Shown: in pieces, positions 25,859 to 32,000 of the stretch
Layout: each line of letters opens with the position of its first letter
Numbering within the stretch: the stretch's first letter is position 1
Origin: Promethearchaeum syntrophicum
GTDB lineage: Archaea > Asgardarchaeota > Lokiarchaeia > Sigyniarchaeales > Promethearchaeaceae
Assembly: GCF_008000775.2 (NCBI RefSeq)
Contig: NZ_CP042905.2
Coordinates: 1,350,001-1,382,000, forward strand
Length of the DNA stretch: 32,000 bases
Reading direction: 5' to 3'
Translations under genes and position numbers: made by a program
The notes under the pieces: model-generated
What the model saw: only the letters and a program-made list of their open reading frames with translations
Database searches by the model: none
Told to the model about the DNA's origin: nothing

Positions 25859-26560
25859 TTAAATGTTTGTTATCTTTTTTTTGGAATTCAAGAATAATGT
25901 CGGAATCAATATTAAACTCGCCATTCCAAGGATTATAATTGATCCCTGAAAATTCCATTTCCATATAATATGATATATTAAAAGAATTATAGACATATTT
26001 GTACATATTATATTCAGTACAGATTTTGAGAGTAAATATAATATTTCTAGAGAAATCAATAAAATCAGTGAAATTATATTTAGGATCAGATTAATCTGCA
26101 TGAATCTGGAATAGTCTGAATCAAAAAGAAATAATTCATTTAACTGAGCTGAAATACTAAATTCGTTAAAATTTAATGTGATAGATAAGCGAATCACGGC
26201 GAATAACAATAATAAAAATATGAATAGAGCTAAGATTTTTTGCAGTAAATCTAATTTCGCAATTTTGTTATATTCAGCTAATTCCTCCTTCTCAGATTTG
26301 TTAATGATTGAGGTTAGCATCTCTTTTATATGATCAGGGCTCTCGTTCTTTATTAAATGCACTTTATAAAATGGATATTCTGCTTTTTTTCTTGATAAAG
26401 CTTCTTTTGCCATCATTGAGATTTTAGGTGAAATATATTTACCTTCCCAAACATACATTATCTTTTCATCTTTATCAATCAACAAGCCCATATCTTTTTC
26501 AGTCAAATTCTCTGCTTCAATCCATATTGCATTAACAAATTTAAAGATAATCATTACCAT
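25859..26560 (-). CDS. putative gelsolin-like domain fused to about four transmembrane helices
   Basis: N-terminus NAIWIEAENLTEKDMGLLIDKDEKIMYVWEGKYISPKISMMAKEALSRKKAEYPFYKVHLIKNESPDHIKEML fits the gelsolin repeat pattern (L..D.+lLd....iyvW.Gk.......A...A........v). Then hydrophobic segments. SD-like GGAG 6 nt before the ATG at 26558-26560. Confidence 0.5.
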   Translation of the reverse strand: MVMIIFKFVNAIWIEAENLTEKDMGLLIDKDEKIMYVWEGKYISPKISMMAKEALSRKKAEYPFYKVHLIKNESPDHIKEMLTSIINKSEKEELAEYNKIAKLDLLQKILALFIFLLLLFAVIRLSITLNFNEFSISAQLNELFLFDSDYSRFMQINLILNIISLILLISLEILYLLSKSVLNIICTNMSIILLIYHIIWKWNFQGSIIILGMASLILIPTLFLNSKKKITNI

Positions 26561-26658
26561 TCTCAACTCCTCAACTACTTCTTTTCAATAACAAAACCAA
26601 AACTTATTAATTATTTATCCAATTTCCATTATATAATTATCGCATTATATGATTCACC

Positions 26659-26910
26659 ATGAAATTCCGATTAGTTTTTGAAACAACAACAAAAAATGGG
26701 AAAAAAGTACTTTTAAAATTTAAAGTACCCCCATCAAAGCACCTTGGGCTAATAAATTTTCTCAAAATTGCTATGGAGCACGGAGAAGAAGTCAATTTTG
26801 CTGTTGAAAAAATATCTGAAGATAAAAAGGAATTTAGCAAAATCAAAGGTAAATTTTTATTAACAGATGAAGAAGTAAAATCAGAAACTGAAGAAATTAA
26901 AAAGAAATAA
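26659..26910 (+). CDS. small conserved-looking protein of unknown function
   Basis: 83-aa ORF MKFRLVFETTTKNGKKVLLKFKVPPSKHLGLINFLKIAMEHGEEVNFAVEKI, followed within 20 bp by the next same-strand gene. Confidence 0.5.
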   Translation: MKFRLVFETTTKNGKKVLLKFKVPPSKHLGLINFLKIAMEHGEEVNFAVEKISEDKKEFSKIKGKFLLTDEEVKSETEEIKKK

Positions 26911-26926
26911 CTGAAGTAAGGCAATT

Positions 26927-27571
26927 ATGACTTCAAAATTTAGACTTAGACCAATATTTGCACCCTTAATTAAATTTTTAGCGAAAGGTTTTGTTAAATT
27001 AAGAATAACTCCTAATATTGCGACTCTTATTATGTTATTTTTCTCGATTATCAGCTCTTTATCATTAATTCTTCTAAATAATCTGCTTCTTTTCGGAGTT
27101 TTTATTTTTATTACAGGAATAATGGATGGAATAGATGGTGCTATTGCGAGATTATCCAATAAAAATTCAAAATTTGGAGCGTTCTTTGATTCTTCTATGG
27201 ACCGATTATCAGAAGGAATAATTTTTTTAGCAATTGTGTGGAAATCTTCTGAATTATTTAATAATATTCCGAAATTGGCAATATTTTTTACCTGGTTCTG
27301 TTTAGTCTTTTCTTTTTTAATTAGTTATGTTAGAGTAAAAACGGAGGTAGTAGTTTCTAGTGAAGAAAATAAATTTGATTCAAATATTGGATTATTTGCT
27401 CGCTCTGAACGTTTATTTTATTTGGTTATTTTAAGTATCCTTAGTTATTTCTTAGGAACTAGTGAATTGGTATTTTTTTCATGGGGAATAATGGTATTTT
27501 CAATTTTGATTTTCGGAACCTTCTTGTATAGATTTGATAAATATCGCAAATTTCTAATAAAGAAAAAATAA
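26927..27571 (+). CDS. CDP-alcohol phosphatidyltransferase family protein (archaeal phospholipid head-group enzyme)
   Basis: DGIDGAIARLSNKNSKFGAFFDSSMDRLSEG matches the DG-x2-AR-x8-G-x3-D-x3-D signature; multiple TM helices. Confidence 0.85.
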   Translation: MTSKFRLRPIFAPLIKFLAKGFVKLRITPNIATLIMLFFSIISSLSLILLNNLLLFGVFIFITGIMDGIDGAIARLSNKNSKFGAFFDSSMDRLSEGIIFLAIVWKSSELFNNIPKLAIFFTWFCLVFSFLISYVRVKTEVVVSSEENKFDSNIGLFARSERLFYLVILSILSYFLGTSELVFFSWGIMVFSILIFGTFLYRFDKYRKFLIKKK

Positions 27572-27676
27572 GTTAATTTTAACATCTCCTTTTAATTAAA
27601 AAAAATCAAACTTTAATAGAGCACTTTGCTAATTGAGAATACATAGGATATTTGATGAAATCTCTTAGGTGATAAA

Positions 27677-28846
27677 ATGACCCAACTAATTTGTGGAAAT
27701 TGTCATAAAGTGTATGATTCTAGTAAACACGGTAGATGTCCCAAATGTAAAAGGACTACAACTCAATTCTATGAATTTTCAAATAGTGATGATTTTCTTC
27801 AGGCACAAATTCCCAAAATAGAGCAATTTAGAAAGGATACGGGATTACAAGGGCTAGTAAAAGGGCTAAATTGTGTGATAATTAACACTGAACCAGAAAA
27901 TCAAAGATTAGCTGTTAAAGAAATTTTAAAAAACACAGGATTTAGTTATGGACATTCTTTCCAAGATACGAATAATATAATAACGGTTTTAAACGCTAAT
28001 AACTCTGCCGATATATTGGTAAAATCTCGAAAAATAGATAAAAATCCCTTTCGTTCATATAATATCAGACCAAAAACACAAAATTTTCCAAATACTAGAC
28101 TTGAATCATTTGTTTTTGAAGTTTTAAATTTGTCTAAATACGTTGAGATTCAAAAAGATCAAGATGTAAAATTTTTAACCGATATTATTGATAGAGATAA
28201 TTATTCATTTATCCAAACAATGCCATCAAAATTTATCGGAACTTCATATGGTTTTATCCAGTGGCATAAGAATAAAGGTGATTATCACCCAGATGAATTT
28301 AAATCTACTTCAAGCGATATTAAGAAACCTGACTTCGAATATCTGAAAAATATCAAAGAATTAGATCACACCGCAACCAGGGTTAAAGCACAAGATAGAG
28401 ACTCTGCAATTATAGAATTTATGAAATTAACTAATTATAAATTCGATTTTGCGATATATGTAAATCATTTAAATTCAATAACGAATGTAGCGCGATTGTC
28501 CGCCAAAGATTTTGCAATGGTTTTTACATCTGGAATAACCAATTACAAGAATCCTGAAGAATCTGGCCCTACCGAAAGATTCACTTATAATTATGGCCCA
28601 AGGGTACATCATATGGCATTTAACACTGATAAAATTGAGGATTCCTTTGAAGGTCTAAAAGCAAATGGAATGGATTTTCTAATTCAATTAGTGGGTTCGG
28701 AAAATGAAGGTTTAAAACAAACATTTTCAGTGCAATCTCCAAACACACTTATTGTTAACGAATATATTCATCGTTATGGTGATTTCGACGGATTTTTTAC
28801 TCGAAGTAATGTGACTGATTTAACAAGATCAACTGATAAACAATAA
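27677..28846 (+). CDS. zinc-ribbon fused to HPPD-like vicinal-oxygen-chelate protein
   Basis: LICGNCHKVYDSSKHGRCPKCKR (CxxC..CxxC); C-terminal LDHTATRVKAQDRD, GPRVHHMAFNTD, NTLIVNEYIHRYGDFDGFF carry H, H, E at VOC metal-ligand positions. Confidence 0.7.
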   Translation: MTQLICGNCHKVYDSSKHGRCPKCKRTTTQFYEFSNSDDFLQAQIPKIEQFRKDTGLQGLVKGLNCVIINTEPENQRLAVKEILKNTGFSYGHSFQDTNNIITVLNANNSADILVKSRKIDKNPFRSYNIRPKTQNFPNTRLESFVFEVLNLSKYVEIQKDQDVKFLTDIIDRDNYSFIQTMPSKFIGTSYGFIQWHKNKGDYHPDEFKSTSSDIKKPDFEYLKNIKELDHTATRVKAQDRDSAIIEFMKLTNYKFDFAIYVNHLNSITNVARLSAKDFAMVFTSGITNYKNPEESGPTERFTYNYGPRVHHMAFNTDKIEDSFEGLKANGMDFLIQLVGSENEGLKQTFSVQSPNTLIVNEYIHRYGDFDGFFTRSNVTDLTRSTDKQ

Positions 28847-28877
28847 AAGGAAAAAATTATTATGTAAATTCTCAAGA

Positions 28878-29594
28878 TCAGGAATTTCTATTATATTGCT
28901 TCAAAATTTCCATTGTTTCCTTCCAATCTTTTACAGTAAACACTCTATTTGGAAGTTTTGTTAACTTTTTAGCTATAGCATAATCATTTTCGCCCTCTTT
29001 AGTTTTATCGCCAAAAAAATGAATTGGACCTTTTATATGTTTAATGATTTGTGCTTTATTCATGCCTAAGGCATAAATATCAATACTAATCTGTCCACCT
29101 ACTGTGGCTTCTATTTCAGGAAATTGTTCCATGATTGTTTTACAGAAATATTCGCGCTCTTTAACTTCAGCATCATATAAATTATAATCATTTCTTTGTT
29201 CTCGGGTACAATTTCTTCCAACAATTGAAAAATTTAGCATCCCGATTCGATGTTCAAAATGCCTTCCCGCACGGATTGGATGTTTGCTATTTTCTATAAA
29301 TTGATTTAGTAAATGTATTAAATCTGGGGGAGCACTCCAATCATTTCGGTAAATTACCTTGCCTTTTTTGTAGCAGATGTTTCCTGCTGTGTTGAAACAA
29401 GCAGTAACCGCTTCTAAAATTTCAGGACCAATTTGTTCAACGGATTTTTCATAGTCTGACCCGGTAATCAAATATACTTTCTTATCTTGTATCCATTCTA
29501 AAAAGAAGGTTTTAAATACTGCTTCAATAGGTAATCTGGCTGGTGTTAATGTTCCATCAATATCAAAAACATAATTTATTTCTTGTTTTTCCAC
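28878..29594 (-). CDS. eukaryotic-type phosphomannomutase (HAD superfamily, PMM1/2-like)
   Basis: VFDIDGTLTPARLPI, YLITGSDYEKSVEQIG, EHRIGMLNFSIVGRNCTREQRNDYNLYD, GGQISIDIYALGMNKAQ, HFFGDKTKEGENDYAI. Confidence 0.88.
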   Translation of the reverse strand: MEKQEINYVFDIDGTLTPARLPIEAVFKTFFLEWIQDKKVYLITGSDYEKSVEQIGPEILEAVTACFNTAGNICYKKGKVIYRNDWSAPPDLIHLLNQFIENSKHPIRAGRHFEHRIGMLNFSIVGRNCTREQRNDYNLYDAEVKEREYFCKTIMEQFPEIEATVGGQISIDIYALGMNKAQIIKHIKGPIHFFGDKTKEGENDYAIAKKLTKLPNRVFTVKDWKETMEILKQYNRNS

Positions 29595-29697
29595 TGTAAT
29601 CTGCCTAAATAGATAAATTAAACTATAAAATCTTATTTCGTTTTAAGAATTTTTAATAACACCAATAAAAAAGACGAATTTCCTAATAAATTTGATT

Positions 29698-30804
29698 TTA
29701 TTTTCCTTGAAGAAAATTTTCATAGACCTTTTCTACCCGATCAGCAACTGCATCCCATGTATAACGCTTTATAAATTCTGTTGCCTTCGTCATCATTTCT
29801 TGATTCTTTTCTGGATGATGAAAGAAATCAATAAAGGCTTTCGCTAAGAGGTCTGGACGTTGGCGTTCTACAAAAATTGCATTGTCCTGCAATATTTCTT
29901 GATAGGCGGGCATTGTTGAGCATATTACAGGTGTTCCGCATGCAATTGATTCAACCGGCGTTATCCCAAACCCTTCTGATGCAAAAGAATAGGTAACAAA
30001 TACATCTCCCATTGAATAATATGTGGACATATCTTCCTCTTTAACTAAACCAACAAAATTAACATCAGGATTTTCTTTTTTCCATTTCTCAACAGTATCT
30101 TTCATTTTTAAAGTGGGTTTTCCTCCAATCACTAAATTCAATTTTGGAATTTCTTTTTTTGCATGATAATATGCTTCTATTATATGATCCACTCCTTTAT
30201 AGAATGCAATTCTTCCCACATAATAAATAACCGGTCCTTCAATACCTAAATTCTGTTTCAATTCTTTTGCTCTTTTAGGTTGAGGTTTAAAACTTGGATC
30301 ATAACCACAATAAACAGTATGGATCTTCTCCTTTGAACCACCCATGATTTCAATAATGCCCGTTTTTGTTATCTCTGAATTTGTAATTATTTGCTTCGCT
30401 TTGTTTGCATTTCTACGCTCTAACCATTTTAAAATTGGAATCTTTGTAAAATCTGCTTCAAATGGTCCCATATCATGGATAAGAGTTATATACGGCTTTT
30501 TAGTAAACATTACTGGAAGACTACCACGAGATCCATTCCCTTGTATAATATCAAAATCGTGTGTTTTTATATATTTCCGAAATTTAAAATAGAATTTTGG
30601 AACCCATAAAATTCTTCGCTTCGGAACATCAACCGTAATAATATTTTTATCATTAAATCCATCTCCCCATTTTGCAGTTAGCATCGTTAGGTCATGACCA
30701 CGGGATTTTAATGCATCGTATAGACCACGAATGTAATTTGCAGAACCATCTTTATGATCAGGAAAAGCACCCGCAGAAATAATACAAATTTTCAATTTCC
30801 GCAT
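29698..30804 (-). CDS. GT4-family glycosyltransferase
   Basis: GAFPDHKDGSANYIRGL, VYYVGRIAFYKGVDHII, SFASEGFGITPVESIACGTPVICS. Confidence 0.9.
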   Translation of the reverse strand: MRKLKICIISAGAFPDHKDGSANYIRGLYDALKSRGHDLTMLTAKWGDGFNDKNIITVDVPKRRILWVPKFYFKFRKYIKTHDFDIIQGNGSRGSLPVMFTKKPYITLIHDMGPFEADFTKIPILKWLERRNANKAKQIITNSEITKTGIIEIMGGSKEKIHTVYCGYDPSFKPQPKRAKELKQNLGIEGPVIYYVGRIAFYKGVDHIIEAYYHAKKEIPKLNLVIGGKPTLKMKDTVEKWKKENPDVNFVGLVKEEDMSTYYSMGDVFVTYSFASEGFGITPVESIACGTPVICSTMPAYQEILQDNAIFVERQRPDLLAKAFIDFFHHPEKNQEMMTKATEFIKRYTWDAVADRVEKVYENFLQGK

Positions 30805-30908
30805 ACATTAATGAATGATATGATGTTTATTTTGTTTACGTATAGAATCAAGATTTTTTTTTTTTGACCTCAATCTTTATTATTATTACAAAATTGATTA
30901 TAACCACG

Positions 30909-31925
30909 ATGAAAATTGTTCCGGTAATTCTCGCTGGTGGCAAAGGAGAACGTTTTTGGCCACTTTCAACTCCCGAAAATCCTAAACAATGTTTACCCAT
31001 TGTTTCTGATCAACCCATGATCGTTGATACCTATAATCGATTGAAAGATTTCGATGATTTCTTCATCGTGGCAAATTCATTTTTATGTGATAAATTCAGA
31101 AAATTACTTCCCGAAAATGTAAACTATATTGAAGAACCAATTGCTCGGAACACGGCTCCTGCTATTGGATTAGCTTGTATAACCCTTTTACAAAAATATG
31201 GGGATTGCATTGTATTCTTTGAAACCGCAGATCATTATTATGAAGATATTTCGCATTACATTAAGGATATAAAAAATGCCTGCACTTTTGCTTCTAACCA
31301 CGATAAGATTGTTCTAATTGGAATAACACCCAAAAATCCACACACAGGTTATGGATACATAAAAAGCGGTTCCAATGTAGAAAATGACCTTTTTTTGGTT
31401 GATAGTTTTAAGGAAAAACCGGATTTACCTACTGCACAGAAATATGTAAAAGATGGTAAATATTCCTGGAATTCAGGCATGTTTATTGGAAAAAGCTCAG
31501 TTATATTACACGAAATAGAAAAATCATTACCGTCCTTATTTTCTGGTCTTCAAAATATAAAAGAAGGTGATTTCTCTAAAGAAATATTACATGATGAATT
31601 CAGTAAGTTTGAGAAGATTTCAATTGATTATGGCGTATTAGAAAGATCGAATGAAACAGTTGTGCTACAATCTACAATGCCATGGGATGATATTGGAGAT
31701 TTTAATGCTGTCTCGCGAATATTGAAACCTGATTCTGAAGGAAATTTCTCAAAAAATCCTATTCATTCACTGGATGCCCATGGAAATATCATAATCTCTA
31801 AAAAATTAGTTGCTTTAATTGATGTGGAGGAATTAATAATTGTAGATACTAAAGATGCCTTGTTAATTTGTAAAAGATCTGAGAGTCAAAAAATTAGAGA
31901 TATAATTAGGAAGTATAATAATTAA
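30909..31925 (+). CDS. mannose-1-phosphate guanylyltransferase; ORF track start at 30864 probably too long
   Basis: MKIVPVILAGGKGERFWPLSTPENPKQCLPI; VLIGITPKNPHTGYGYIKSG; YSWNSGMFIG; SIDYGVLERS; PWDDIGDF. Confidence 0.93.
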   Translation: MKIVPVILAGGKGERFWPLSTPENPKQCLPIVSDQPMIVDTYNRLKDFDDFFIVANSFLCDKFRKLLPENVNYIEEPIARNTAPAIGLACITLLQKYGDCIVFFETADHYYEDISHYIKDIKNACTFASNHDKIVLIGITPKNPHTGYGYIKSGSNVENDLFLVDSFKEKPDLPTAQKYVKDGKYSWNSGMFIGKSSVILHEIEKSLPSLFSGLQNIKEGDFSKEILHDEFSKFEKISIDYGVLERSNETVVLQSTMPWDDIGDFNAVSRILKPDSEGNFSKNPIHSLDAHGNIIISKKLVALIDVEELIIVDTKDALLICKRSESQKIRDIIRKYNN

Positions 31926-32000
31926 TTCACAAATCAATATTGAAAATACCACCCAAAGATCTTTCCCCTTAATTTGAGAAATAGTCTAAATATTGGTATT

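Noticed and set aside
25788-27159. ORFs 25788..26006, 26637..26924 and 26881..27159 (-)
   Set aside because: 25788..26006 lies in another frame across the gelsolin-TM/longin-like junction; the other two are antisense to the 83-aa ORF and the CDP-alcohol transferase.
30344-30592. Plus ORF within GT4
   Set aside because: Antisense to a well-supported glycosyltransferase.

Overview
The window is AT-rich and densely coded. Archaeal information-processing genes (SRP19, S8e, archaeal S2) and a Ras/Arf-type small GTPase point to an Asgard (Loki-like) archaeon; this assignment is inferred from gene content only. Main blocks: (1) 1.5-8.5 kb, a tetrahydromethanopterin (H4MPT)-type C1 cofactor biosynthesis cluster: DHPS-like protein, DmrX/AfpA-like flavoprotein, DUF1464-like protein, DUF447-like protein, archaeal dihydroneopterin aldolase MptD, RFAP synthase and a COG2144 AIR-synthase-like protein. 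(2) 8.5-16.9 kb, housekeeping genes with a GH127 family protein and an M28-like membrane protein that has lost several catalytic residues. (3) A P-type ATPase with P2-like architecture but substituted cation-binding positions. (4) 19.8-22.8 kb, nucleotidyltransferase, epimerase, translin-like protein with an N-terminal poly-Asn (AAT)10 microsatellite, and ribulose-phosphate epimerase. (5) 22.8-27.6 kb, the most unusual region: an Arf/Rab-like GTPase whose true start appears to be ATT, a membrane-linked wHTH protein, and a probable two-gene unit encoding a gelsolin-like domain fused to transmembrane helices plus a longin/NPRL2-like + ACT-like protein. (6) 27.7-31.9 kb, a zinc-ribbon/HPPD-like fusion, a eukaryotic-type (HAD) phosphomannomutase, a GT4 glycosyltransferase and mannose-1-phosphate guanylyltransferase. 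I saw no tRNA, rRNA, CRISPR array or transposon. All family calls come from motif recognition by eye, with no database search.
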